Below are positions 7,235 to 16,305 of a DNA stretch of 25,635 nucleotides, one piece after another. Position numbers and translations under genes: made by a program. The stretch lies in IMG/VR virus record IMGVR_UViG_3300025018_000497, positions 1-25,635 of that record; one strand, written 5' to 3'. Every line of letters begins with the position of its first letter. Within the stretch, counting starts at the first letter, position 1. The notes below the pieces were generated by a model. That model worked only from the letters and a program-made list of their open reading frames with translations, was not told the DNA's origin and did no database searches. The DNA comes from a virus (taxonomy: Duplodnaviria; Caudoviricetes).

Positions 7235-8281
7235 TTGGCTTCGCAGTTGATCGATATGTGCAACGCGGCGCTCGTGAAGCTGGGGGCGAAAACGATCACG
7301 TCCCTGACTGACGGTTCGGCTAACGCGACCGCGTGTAACAATTCATACACGCGAATTCTACGCGCCGAACTGCGGGATCATCCGTGGGGCTTCGCGAAAG
7401 CCTTGGCCCTGATCGATAAGGATGCCATTGACCCCGCGTTTGGACGAGCGTACCAATACACGCTTCCATCGGACTTTCTCCGGCTCCTGGATCCCCTCGT
7501 GGAAGACGACACGCTTGACCGGGATTGGGAGATCCACGGGCAGAAGATTCACACGGATGACGCGAGTCCCTTTGAACTCCGGTACATAAAAAAGGTCGAG
7601 CAGGTCACAATCACGGGGGTGTCGGCAGCGGATCCCGGAGTCGTCACGGCGGCGGGGCACGGGTTCAAACATGGGGACAGAGTCCGGATAACGTCTGTCG
7701 CTGGAATGACCGAAGTGAACGACCTGGATTTCATGGCCGTCGTCCCCACCGTCGCTATTACGGCTATCACGAAAGCCGATCCTGCCGTGGTTACCGCGGC
7801 GTCCCACGGGTACCTCGACGGGGAGCACGTTCTTTTGGCGGGGATCCTTGGCATGACCGAGCTCAACAACAGGAAATTCGTGGTCGCGAACAAGACCGTG
7901 GGCACGTTTGAGCTGCAGAGTTTTGGCGAAGAAAACATCGATTCGACCGACTACGGGGAATATTCTTCTGCGGGCACGGCTCAGCGAACGGACAAGTTCA
8001 GCCTCTATACAGTCGACGGGGTAAAGGTAGACACGTCCGGGTACAGCGCCTACTCGTCGGGGGGAGTCGCGGAGCTCCTCATCATCGACGAGCTGTTCAA
8101 AGAGGCCTTCACGACCCGACTCGCTGCGGAATTGAGCGAGGTTATCACGCAATCGAACTCCAAGCGCCGTGAGCTCTGGGAAGAGTACGCGCAGATTTTT
8201 CCCCGGGCTAAAAAGCAAAACGCCGGGGAGAAAGCTCCCCAGGAACCCATGGAAGATTACTGGATATCGGTGAGACGGTGA
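7235..8281 (+). CDS. Tail tubular protein A (adaptor) with two nested FCCH-like inserted domains
   Basis: TTG start after GGAG. IDMCNAAL.KLG, HPWGFA, Y.Y.LPSDFLR and F..A...RLAAEL motifs of T7 gp11-like adaptors. About 160 extra residues at 7604-8080. Confidence 0.88.
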   Translation: MASQLIDMCNAALVKLGAKTITSLTDGSANATACNNSYTRILRAELRDHPWGFAKALALIDKDAIDPAFGRAYQYTLPSDFLRLLDPLVEDDTLDRDWEIHGQKIHTDDASPFELRYIKKVEQVTITGVSAADPGVVTAAGHGFKHGDRVRITSVAGMTEVNDLDFMAVVPTVAITAITKADPAVVTAASHGYLDGEHVLLAGILGMTELNNRKFVVANKTVGTFELQSFGEENIDSTDYGEYSSAGTAQRTDKFSLYTVDGVKVDTSGYSAYSSGGVAELLIIDELFKEAFTTRLAAELSEVITQSNSKRRELWEEYAQIFPRAKKQNAGEKAPQEPMEDYWISVRR

Positions 8282-10674
8282 GAGTTTCCTGGCTCCAGTC
8301 TGCATTCACCGGGGGGGAGTTTGGCGACTCGATCAAAGGGCGCGTAGACGCGGAGCGGTACCGCGACGCGGCCGATACGATTTTGAACTGGGTGGTCCGC
8401 CCGGAAGGCCGGCTCGAGCGGCGGCCAGGGACAAAGCACGTTACCCCGACGAAGTACGCCGATGGCACCGTTCGCCTGCTCCCGTTCGAATTTAACACGG
8501 AACAGGCTTACATTCTAGAGTTCGGCGACAACTCCGGGGGGACGGACCCCTACATGCGGGTCCACAAGGACCACGCGATCGTGGTTAACTCAACGACGTA
8601 CACAATCACAGGGGCGACCCAAGCGAGCCCCGTGGTCGTGACCACGTCAGCCGCTCACGATCGGTCGAACGGTGACCGAGTGATCATCACCGGGGTTGCG
8701 GGGATGACCGAGCTGAACAACCGCGAGTTCATCGTGGCGAACAAGGCCGCAACGACCTTCGAGCTGACGAACATTGACAGCGCGAACGTTGATGGAACAG
8801 GGTACGCGGCCTACTCCGCGGGGGGAACGGTGTCCGTCCCCTACGAGGTTGTGAGCCCCTACGCTGGAAGCGACCTCGCAGCTCTGAAGTATGCTCAAAG
8901 CGCGGACGTGCTTTATCTTGCGAACGGGGGTTACCAGCCCAAGACACTGTCACGGACGGGTCACACCAGCTGGACCTTCGCTAACTACGCGTACACGGAT
9001 GGCCCCTACCTTGGGACAAACGACGGGGGCCATTACCTGCTGGCCGGCGTGGCAATCCTGACTTTTTCAGCCTCGGCGGCAGTTTCTGAGACGTCCTTGA
9101 CCCTGACGATCAATGCGCAGGCTCAAGCGAAGATCAACGGGGGTACGGGATTCGTTGCTACGGATGTTGGCCGCCTTATCCGGATAGGGAATTCGGGGCA
9201 CAACCAGGCCAAGGGCGTCTGGGAGGATGGGTTCGCGTGGGGGTACTGCGTGATCACGGCGTACACCAGCGCGACTGAGGTTACGATACTGGTGAAAAAA
9301 GGGTGGAATCAGAATCCCGCGGGAGCGTTTGATTACCGGCTCTGGAGAATAGGTGCCTGGGGAGACACGGAGGGGTGGCCCTCGACTGTCGTGTTCAGCG
9401 GTAACCGGCTCTACTGGGGGAGCCTGCCGAACAACCCGCAAAGGATCGACGGGTCCGAGATCGGGGACTTCACTTCGTTCGCTCTGACCTATGGGCCCGA
9501 GTTCCGGTCGCACGCGATCACCGATGCGAACGCGGTAAGCTTCACGCTTGGCGGGGGCAATAGCGGAACCGTGAACCAGATTGTTAATATTGCCAGCACG
9601 GATCGGGGACTACTGATCTCGACGACGGACAGCGAGTGGACGCTGCAGGCGTCGAACTTGAACGAAGCGATAACTCCCACAAACGTGAATGCCCGGGAAC
9701 AAGCCAGCGGAGGGTCGAACGGAGTACGCCCGATTCGTGTCGGAAATGACATGATTTACATCGATCGAACGGGGCGCAGGGTTCTCAACCTCACGTACGC
9801 CTACGATATCGATTCTCTCCGGATGACCGATTTAACTCGACTCGCTCGGCACATTGGTGTGAGCGGTTTGTCGGACCTGGTACACGTCACGTACCCCTTT
9901 AGCCAGGTCTATACGATCAACGCGGCTGGGGAGCTTTGCGGTCTTACTTTTGAGCGGGACCCGGAAAGCGTCCAGGCGGCGTGGGCAAGGCATCAGCTCG
10001 GGGGGAAGTCGGACGCGGGGGGAACTATCCCCCAGATCGAATCTATCGCTCAGATCCCGACTCCGGACGGCACGGCGCGGGAGGTGTGGCTGGTGGTGAC
10101 GCGTCTCGTGAACGGGGCGACCGTGAAGCACCTGGAATACCTGACGCCGCTCGATGAGCTAGAGCCAGCTCTTGAGGACTGTTTTTTTGTGGACGCGGGG
10201 CTCACTTACGACGGAGCCTCGACGGCGACGATCAGCGGGCTCTATCACCTGGAAGGGGAATCGGTCCGGGTCCTGGGCGACGGCTTGGTTCAAGCGAGTC
10301 GAACAGTCGTGAACGGCCGGATCGCGCTTGAGACTGCGGCCTCGGTTGTTCAGGTGGGGCTCGGTTACACGTCTGACCTGCTCACGCTCAAGATCGAGGC
10401 AGGGAGTCAGGACGGCACCGCGCTGGCCAAGAAGCAGCGAATCGAGCACTTGGCTATCTCGTTTTTCCGTGCCGTTGGAACCGTGAAAGTGGGCCCCTCG
10501 TTCAGCGACTTGCTGAACTGGAGCCTCGGAGCGGCACTGATATCCGGGATAGAAGAAGACACGTTCAACTCCGATTACAGCAACAACCTGCAGGTCGCGA
10601 TCCGGGTTTCGGATCCCGTGCCCTGCTCGATTCTGGCAATTAACCCCCAGGTCTCGACTTACGGGAGGGGCTGA
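8278..10674 (+). CDS. Tail tubular protein B (nozzle) with one FCCH-like insertion
   Basis: QSAFTGGEF, RRPGT, RLLPFEFN, YAQSADVLY, GWPS.V.F..NRL, AWARH and VGLGY motifs of T7 gp12-like nozzles; 798 aa. Confidence 0.9.
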   Translation: MRVSWLQSAFTGGEFGDSIKGRVDAERYRDAADTILNWVVRPEGRLERRPGTKHVTPTKYADGTVRLLPFEFNTEQAYILEFGDNSGGTDPYMRVHKDHAIVVNSTTYTITGATQASPVVVTTSAAHDRSNGDRVIITGVAGMTELNNREFIVANKAATTFELTNIDSANVDGTGYAAYSAGGTVSVPYEVVSPYAGSDLAALKYAQSADVLYLANGGYQPKTLSRTGHTSWTFANYAYTDGPYLGTNDGGHYLLAGVAILTFSASAAVSETSLTLTINAQAQAKINGGTGFVATDVGRLIRIGNSGHNQAKGVWEDGFAWGYCVITAYTSATEVTILVKKGWNQNPAGAFDYRLWRIGAWGDTEGWPSTVVFSGNRLYWGSLPNNPQRIDGSEIGDFTSFALTYGPEFRSHAITDANAVSFTLGGGNSGTVNQIVNIASTDRGLLISTTDSEWTLQASNLNEAITPTNVNAREQASGGSNGVRPIRVGNDMIYIDRTGRRVLNLTYAYDIDSLRMTDLTRLARHIGVSGLSDLVHVTYPFSQVYTINAAGELCGLTFERDPESVQAAWARHQLGGKSDAGGTIPQIESIAQIPTPDGTAREVWLVVTRLVNGATVKHLEYLTPLDELEPALEDCFFVDAGLTYDGASTATISGLYHLEGESVRVLGDGLVQASRTVVNGRIALETAASVVQVGLGYTSDLLTLKIEAGSQDGTALAKKQRIEHLAISFFRAVGTVKVGPSFSDLLNWSLGAALISGIEEDTFNSDYSNNLQVAIRVSDPVPCSILAINPQVSTYGRG

Positions 10675-11120
10675 TGCTGCATATGATACCCTTCGAGGCA
10701 GAGCATTTTCTGCGAATAGAGGAGCAGGAGGCCATGTCCTACTTGCGACCCGATCGGACGCCAGAAATGCTGGACGTGTTTGCGGCAAGTCCATTCGGGT
10801 TCACGGGCATCAATGACGCCGGAGGTGTCGTGATCAGCGCAGGAATTGTGCCTTTTTTGGGGGACCCCCCGATGGTGGGGGAAGCTTGGGCCGTGATTGC
10901 GCATGATGCGCAGCCATTCATGCTTTCAATCGTGAAAAGCATGAAGAGATTCCTGAGCGCGTGCTACCTGCCCCGGGTGCAGGCCGTTGTACGCCGGGAC
11001 TTTGACCCGGGCCATCGACTCGTTCGAATGCTCGGGTTCGAGCTCGAAACGCCAGATGGAATGCGCAGGTTCCATAGGGGCGAAATCACGTGTGACCTGT
11101 ACGCGAAAATCAAGGGGTAA
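10674..11120 (+). CDS. GNAT-fold-like protein in the T7 gp13 (internal virion protein A) position
   Basis: VGEAW...RVQA.V..DF..G.R...LGF..E...MR.F pattern; coupled to the nozzle stop (TGATG). Confidence 0.75.
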   Translation: MLHMIPFEAEHFLRIEEQEAMSYLRPDRTPEMLDVFAASPFGFTGINDAGGVVISAGIVPFLGDPPMVGEAWAVIAHDAQPFMLSIVKSMKRFLSACYLPRVQAVVRRDFDPGHRLVRMLGFELETPDGMRRFHRGEITCDLYAKIKG

Positions 11121-11127
11121 ACAGAGT

Positions 11128-11616
11128 ATGGCTGCGGCAGTTCTCGGGCTTGTGGGATCCCTGATGAGTGCTTCGGCGCAATCGTCAGCGGCGCGGCAGC
11201 AAGCCGAGTACCAGAACCAGATTGCGCGGTACAACGCTCAGCAAGCGGAGAATCAGGCCGCCTATGCGAGGCAGGCAGCCGCGGCGGAGGAATCAAGGTT
11301 CCGACGACAGTCCGCCAAGGAACTGGGGGCCATTCGAGCGCAGTATGGCGCCGCAGGCGTGGAAATCGAAGGGTCCCCACTTGATGTTCTCCAGGAGTCC
11401 GCGACGATGGCGGAACTCGACGCGTTGACAATCAGGCACCGAGGGGACGTCCAGGCGCAAGGGTACTTGAACACGGCGGCGCTGGACCGGCACAAGGGCC
11501 AGTCAGCTCTCGCGTCAGGCCGGGCTACTGCGTCGAGCGCTCGGACCCTGGGCATACTTCGGGGCGTAACGAGCTTCGTGGGTAACGGAGGGTTCGGGTT
11601 GACAAGGACGGGCTAA
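11128..11616 (+). CDS. Internal virion (ejection) protein, T7 gp14-like
   Basis: Hydrophobic Ala/Gly N-terminus, Ala/Gln coiled coil, G..RA..GAAGV...GSPLDV motif. Start reassigned to ATG 11128. Confidence 0.85.
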   Translation: MAAAVLGLVGSLMSASAQSSAARQQAEYQNQIARYNAQQAENQAAYARQAAAAEESRFRRQSAKELGAIRAQYGAAGVEIEGSPLDVLQESATMAELDALTIRHRGDVQAQGYLNTAALDRHKGQSALASGRATASSARTLGILRGVTSFVGNGGFGLTRTG

Positions 11617-14600
11617 TGCCGAAGATTCGCGAATACGAGCGAAAGATTGCGGCAATTCAGCCCGGGGAATTTTCTAAGGGAAGAAGGGCCCAGGCTGATG
11701 ACGTTCCTGACGTCAGTTCTTCTGCTCGAGTAGGCGCGGCTTTTGGTGACCTACTCGGGAGCATTGGAAAAGAACTCCAGACCCGCCAGGCGCAGCAAGA
11801 ATCCTTCGAAGTCCAGAAAGCGCTCGTCCAAGAATCGGTGGACACGCCATCCTGGTACCGGGCCAAGACCTCCGAATGGAACGAGGACGAGAACACTCCC
11901 ACGACCTGGCAAGGGTTCACTGATTTCATCAAAACTAGTTCCGCAGCGAGGCAGCAGGAAGCCTCGCAAAATTTTAAGGATTATAGCCCGCAATCGCAGC
12001 AGGCCCTCCAACTCGGCATGCTGAAGATCCACGGGGGGCTCGTAGATGAAGCGATCAAAGCCGAGGCAGCCGTGTACGGCGCGTACATGAAGCAATCCGT
12101 CGAGAACACGATCCAGGCGAGTACTAATGCCGTAGCCCTCGATCCTATGAATTTACCCGTGCAGCTGGAACACGCCAATAAATTCATCGCCAGCATCCCG
12201 GGGCTGAGCCCTCAGCTCAAGATAGGGTTCCGGGACACGGTTAACCGGGGCCTTCACGACACGGCCCTGGAGGCCTTGTACAGCAAGGCTGTCGCGTCCG
12301 GCGATCCGGACCAGCTGAGGTCCCTGTTTGACCGCATCCGGAGCAGCGATGACTGGGCCCGGAATACGACCCCCGATAGGTTCAGCGCGTTTCTGCGAAA
12401 AGCGGATCAGATGGTCGTCAGCCTGGTTCGCCAGGCTGACGGGCGGACGAAGAGCCGCATCGAGGGAGTGTTGCAAAACTGGAGCCTGGGGAACGAGGCA
12501 AAAGAAGGGGATGCCGTCATTAGCCTGGACCAAGTCCTCGGCGAAATCGGGAAGATGTCGTCCCTTTCGGCGGAAAGCCGGAACAGCCTCGCCAACAAAG
12601 TGCGAGATATGCGCAAAGTGAAAGATGTGTACGCCGCGCTCGACAATCTGGGTAACAAGAGTATTTCTGAGCTTGTACGCGAACCGCGGGACATCATGAA
12701 CGTTGTGAACAAGCTAGACGAAGTACTCGCTTTGCGGGGCCAGATCAAGGTGAACCAGGCAACCGTCGAGAGCGTGGAGGCGGGGGTAATGGGCCCCCTG
12801 AAAGGGTTATTCAAGGGCAGCATCGCCGATTTCAAGCGAGCTGTTAGCGAGCGCAAAATAGACGCCGAGACTTTGGGCAAATTCCTCGATAAGCTAAAGC
12901 AGGCGTTTCCGAGCAGCCGATTCCACGGAAGCCCGGAGCTGGCTGCTCTGGGAGATCTGGCCACCAAAAACGGGTATGCGCAATACTGGAATCAGGCGAG
13001 CCCTGCTGACGTGGTCAACATGTACCAGGCTATGACGGCCCCGGAAAAGGTTGACCTCCCCCTTCAGTACAAAACTTCGCCAGACATTTTCAAGGCGCTC
13101 AGGGACGAAGGGTTTTTCCCCCCGGGGAAAAGGATCGAAGACGGAACCGCGATCAACTTCACGCAGTACGGGTACGAGAAGCCCGGAGACCCGGGATACG
13201 ACACGAACTCGGCGGAGGGGAGAGGCGACCGGAACAATTCGCTGACCACGCGGGCGCTAGCTCTATCCCCTGCGCTAGCCAAGAAGTATGGCCTCGAGCA
13301 TGGCCAGCACATTTATGTCACAAACGCAGACGGGCGAGAGGAGTATCTCGGGGTGTACGAGGATACGTCCCCCCAGGTAGACAACGTTGACGTGCGGGAT
13401 AAGGACGCGCTGCTCGGGAGGGACGCGTTCCTGTCCAGCATCCGAGGAGCCACGCTCGAAGGAAGAGATGCTCCCCCCGAAGAGTCCCGGGAGTTCGACA
13501 CTTTCAAGGTCGAGGTACTGTCCCGGCGAATGGACTCGATCGTGGAGGGGATAAAAAGCGAAGTTGACGAGGTTGTAAGGTCTGCAGAGGCTACTGGGCT
13601 GAAGGGGGACCTGCAGGAAGAGCTGCTCGAGCTGCAGAAGCCGGACCAGCAGGAGCTATTTCAGCTTGCCGGGAAGGTGGCCGAATACAACAGAGAGGTC
13701 AGTGCCTTGGGCACGGCCATGATCAACATCGAAAAGCAGTACCTGGCGGATCCTCCCGGGTACCTCGGAAGAGATGAAGCCGTATCGAGAAATCTGGCGA
13801 GCTGGATCTCGTTCAAAGGAGGGCGAGAGGGTGCTCCGCCAGATCTGCCCTCGGCGGCGGCTGCCTTCAGCGTGTACTTGGACTCGCTGAAAGAAGCTGC
13901 GGAAAAGCGCGGGCTTCGCGCGAGCTTCGCCCTCGATAACCCCCTTCCGAAGGCCTATCTGGACGCTGTAAAAAACAGCTACGCGGCGCCGGCGGAGGGG
14001 CAGGACCTGAATGCCGCGGCTATCACGCTAACGCATCAAGCAGCCGCGGGGGAACACTGGCCCCTCGTTGCTCGCCAGCTGAGAACCCAGGTACCTCCTA
14101 TTCTGAACCCCGTCCGGGAGTTCTACTCCTTTGGGGATTTGAAAGACCCGAAGATACTGGCCCTCGCCGAGCAAATTGAGCGCGACACGAAGGCCGATAC
14201 CGGCGCTTTAAGAGCGGCAATCCCGGACGAGTACCAGGCTGAAGCGGGGAAAGAGGCGCTAAACAGCGCTATACGAGGGATGTCGCTCCCGCTCAGGATC
14301 ACGTTCAACGAGCAAGGATCGGAGGCGGTAGCGGTTGTTCTCCGAGCCGTCTTTGACGGGTTGCCAAAAGCCGCCCTTGGGCAGTCTGCCCGGACACAGG
14401 AATCCCCGGTAAAAGCCGCCAAGGAAATCTACGACGCGGTAATCGGGACGCAGTTTTCCTTCGGGTATGACCCGGCGGATCCATGGTCCCCCACGAGGTT
14501 ACTGCGCATACCGAGAGAGTTTGACGCGGGGACGGTGCTAGCTGGGCTGGAAGGAGAACTCGACAGGCTGGATCTGTCCGGCATTCAGCTTGCCCCGGAG

Positions 14601-14858
14601 TTCGTTCCCGACGATGTCAGCATATTTAGCTACCGGCAGGGGCTGGAGTTGTACCTCGATACCTTTGCAGAAAACCATATGTGGATGACGTCGAAAGACG
14701 AAAAAAGCGCTCAACTTTTCGACTCAAAGAGGCAGGCCGTCAAGTATCGCGACGGGTCTCCCGTTGTAGTGCCCTTCAGCGACGTGGAACGCTCGGCCGA
14801 AGCCCGGCGGAAGAAAAGAGAACGCGCTTTCCTGTTAGAGGGACTGCGGGGCCACTGA
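11616..14858 (+). CDS. Large internal virion (ejection) protein, gp15-like, with an inserted DPBB/3D-like domain
   Basis: MPKI..Y start typical of this slot; 1080 aa, mostly helical; beta-rich insert at about 13149-13403. Confidence 0.75.
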   Translation: MPKIREYERKIAAIQPGEFSKGRRAQADDVPDVSSSARVGAAFGDLLGSIGKELQTRQAQQESFEVQKALVQESVDTPSWYRAKTSEWNEDENTPTTWQGFTDFIKTSSAARQQEASQNFKDYSPQSQQALQLGMLKIHGGLVDEAIKAEAAVYGAYMKQSVENTIQASTNAVALDPMNLPVQLEHANKFIASIPGLSPQLKIGFRDTVNRGLHDTALEALYSKAVASGDPDQLRSLFDRIRSSDDWARNTTPDRFSAFLRKADQMVVSLVRQADGRTKSRIEGVLQNWSLGNEAKEGDAVISLDQVLGEIGKMSSLSAESRNSLANKVRDMRKVKDVYAALDNLGNKSISELVREPRDIMNVVNKLDEVLALRGQIKVNQATVESVEAGVMGPLKGLFKGSIADFKRAVSERKIDAETLGKFLDKLKQAFPSSRFHGSPELAALGDLATKNGYAQYWNQASPADVVNMYQAMTAPEKVDLPLQYKTSPDIFKALRDEGFFPPGKRIEDGTAINFTQYGYEKPGDPGYDTNSAEGRGDRNNSLTTRALALSPALAKKYGLEHGQHIYVTNADGREEYLGVYEDTSPQVDNVDVRDKDALLGRDAFLSSIRGATLEGRDAPPEESREFDTFKVEVLSRRMDSIVEGIKSEVDEVVRSAEATGLKGDLQEELLELQKPDQQELFQLAGKVAEYNREVSALGTAMINIEKQYLADPPGYLGRDEAVSRNLASWISFKGGREGAPPDLPSAAAAFSVYLDSLKEAAEKRGLRASFALDNPLPKAYLDAVKNSYAAPAEGQDLNAAAITLTHQAAAGEHWPLVARQLRTQVPPILNPVREFYSFGDLKDPKILALAEQIERDTKADTGALRAAIPDEYQAEAGKEALNSAIRGMSLPLRITFNEQGSEAVAVVLRAVFDGLPKAALGQSARTQESPVKAAKEIYDAVIGTQFSFGYDPADPWSPTRLLRIPREFDAGTVLAGLEGELDRLDLSGIQLAPEFVPDDVSIFSYRQGLELYLDTFAENHMWMTSKDEKSAQLFDSKRQAVKYRDGSPVVVPFSDVERSAEARRKKRERAFLLEGLRGH

Positions 14859-14862
14859 GCCT

Positions 14863-16305
14863 ATGATCCCGGGTACACCGAGAAACAAACCGGACATCGG
14901 AGGAAGAGCTGCCTCGGGTGGGTTTCTCGGCACCGCCCGCGACTATTTCGAAGAAGCGCGGACAACGGGGATATACCAGAAAGGGCTGGCCTTGCTGGGA
15001 ACAATGGACGCCCTCCCGAGAGCGCTGTTCCCGGCAAGCGACGATAGAAAATTATCCAGGGACCAGGCCCTGGAGCGCATGAAGCCCCTCGGGGTGGATT
15101 TCCATGTCCCCGAGGACGGAATCGAACTAAGCACCTTTGAGCTCTTGGCGCAGAGGGACCTGGATCGAAACGAGCGAGAGTTTCGCCGGGCTCGGATCCC
15201 CGAGGATCAGCGAAGCTTCTGGGGATCGATTGCGGGGGGCCTGGCCGGCACGATGGCTGACCCCGCGCAGCTTCTTTTGTCCGCGCTCCCGTGGACCCGG
15301 GCCTTGGGGATGGGGGCCCCAGAAGCGTCTCTCGCGCTTACACCCGGGCTGCTTTCCCGGGCTGCCGTCCGATCGCAGTTCGCTGTAGTCGACTCTTTCC
15401 TCGGGGCGACCACGGATGAAATTCTTAACCAAGCGATCATATCGGATTACGGGTTATCAGAGAGCGACGTCGAGGACCCCCTCGCGAACATTGCCCTGGG
15501 CACGGTGGCGGGCACGGTTTTCCAGCTCGGGATCGGAACGCTGGGGGACGTGCTATCCCCAGGAGAACTCCGAGCGGTTCGGAACCGGGTTGAAGCGCAA
15601 GCGCTCACAGGGGCCCCGATAGAAACCGAGGCTTTTGTCCGGGGAATTGCGGCCTTTGCCGATAAGCCGGAGGTCATCGATGCGTTGAAATCTGGCGGGC
15701 CCATGCCAGACGTCGAGAGGATAATCAACCCTTTTGACATGGCGAAGACCCAGAAAAAGGGCCGGAAGCTCCGCCGAGCCCTGACCCGGGATCGCCTCGG
15801 CGGAGGGGAGTCCTGGATAATCACCGCCGATGGAGAGCGAAAGATCTTGAGCGTCGCTGACGACGCTCTCGAGCTCGAAGGCGGGGAGCGCGTTCTCTAT
15901 ACCCACGTATTCCGGGACCCAACAACCCGAATCCGAACAACCTTCTCGAAGAAGGCTCTCGAAGAAACGAGGAGAGCGCTCCAGGCTCAGGATGTGGCGA
16001 AAACAGCGACTTCCGACCTCGACCCGGAAGCCCCTTTTAACGAACTAGATCGCCCGGGAAAACCCCTCCCGGCGGACAAGCTTGAGGAGGCGGTTGAGCT
16101 GGATATCGCGGAATCCGCGGAAGCCGTCGAAGCGCTGGTGCAACAGTTCGAGGCCGACCCAGAAACGGGGCTTTCCGAGATATACAGCCGGGATACGGTC
16201 ACCGCGTACGTCGATTCGCTGAAGCGGGAGCTCGAACACCTCGATAAGGCGAGGGAAGTTTTTCTGCGCGCAGCGGATTGCGCGGGCAAAAGGATGTCCT
16301 TCTGA
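14863..16305 (+). CDS. Internal virion (ejection) protein
   Basis: 480 aa with Gly/Ala hydrophobic segments (GSIAGGLAGTMADP; NIALGTVAG); lies between two large ejection genes. Confidence 0.7.
   Translation: MIPGTPRNKPDIGGRAASGGFLGTARDYFEEARTTGIYQKGLALLGTMDALPRALFPASDDRKLSRDQALERMKPLGVDFHVPEDGIELSTFELLAQRDLDRNEREFRRARIPEDQRSFWGSIAGGLAGTMADPAQLLLSALPWTRALGMGAPEASLALTPGLLSRAAVRSQFAVVDSFLGATTDEILNQAIISDYGLSESDVEDPLANIALGTVAGTVFQLGIGTLGDVLSPGELRAVRNRVEAQALTGAPIETEAFVRGIAAFADKPEVIDALKSGGPMPDVERIINPFDMAKTQKKGRKLRRALTRDRLGGGESWIITADGERKILSVADDALELEGGERVLYTHVFRDPTTRIRTTFSKKALEETRRALQAQDVAKTATSDLDPEAPFNELDRPGKPLPADKLEEAVELDIAESAEAVEALVQQFEADPETGLSEIYSRDTVTAYVDSLKRELEHLDKAREVFLRAADCAGKRMSF

Noticed and set aside
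7588-7594. In-frame A_AAA_AAG slippery heptamer just before the nested insertion in tail tube A
   Set aside because: The -1 frame gives an Arg/Gly-rich shadow sequence with no recognisable protein features, and I saw no clear stimulatory element. Probably a chance Ile-Lys-Lys coding.
7604-8080. Intein or a true ubiquitin-activation system as explanation of the insert
   Set aside because: No Cys/Ser start or His-Asn end splice motifs, and no E1 adenylation, E2 or ubiquitin-like genes. Only the small FCCH-like beta-domain is present.
7358-8305. Long antisense ORFs (e.g. 7358-8305, 5549-6163, 10159-10794, 23681-24316)
   Set aside because: They lie opposite well-supported genes in GC-rich DNA and show no motifs; shadow ORFs.
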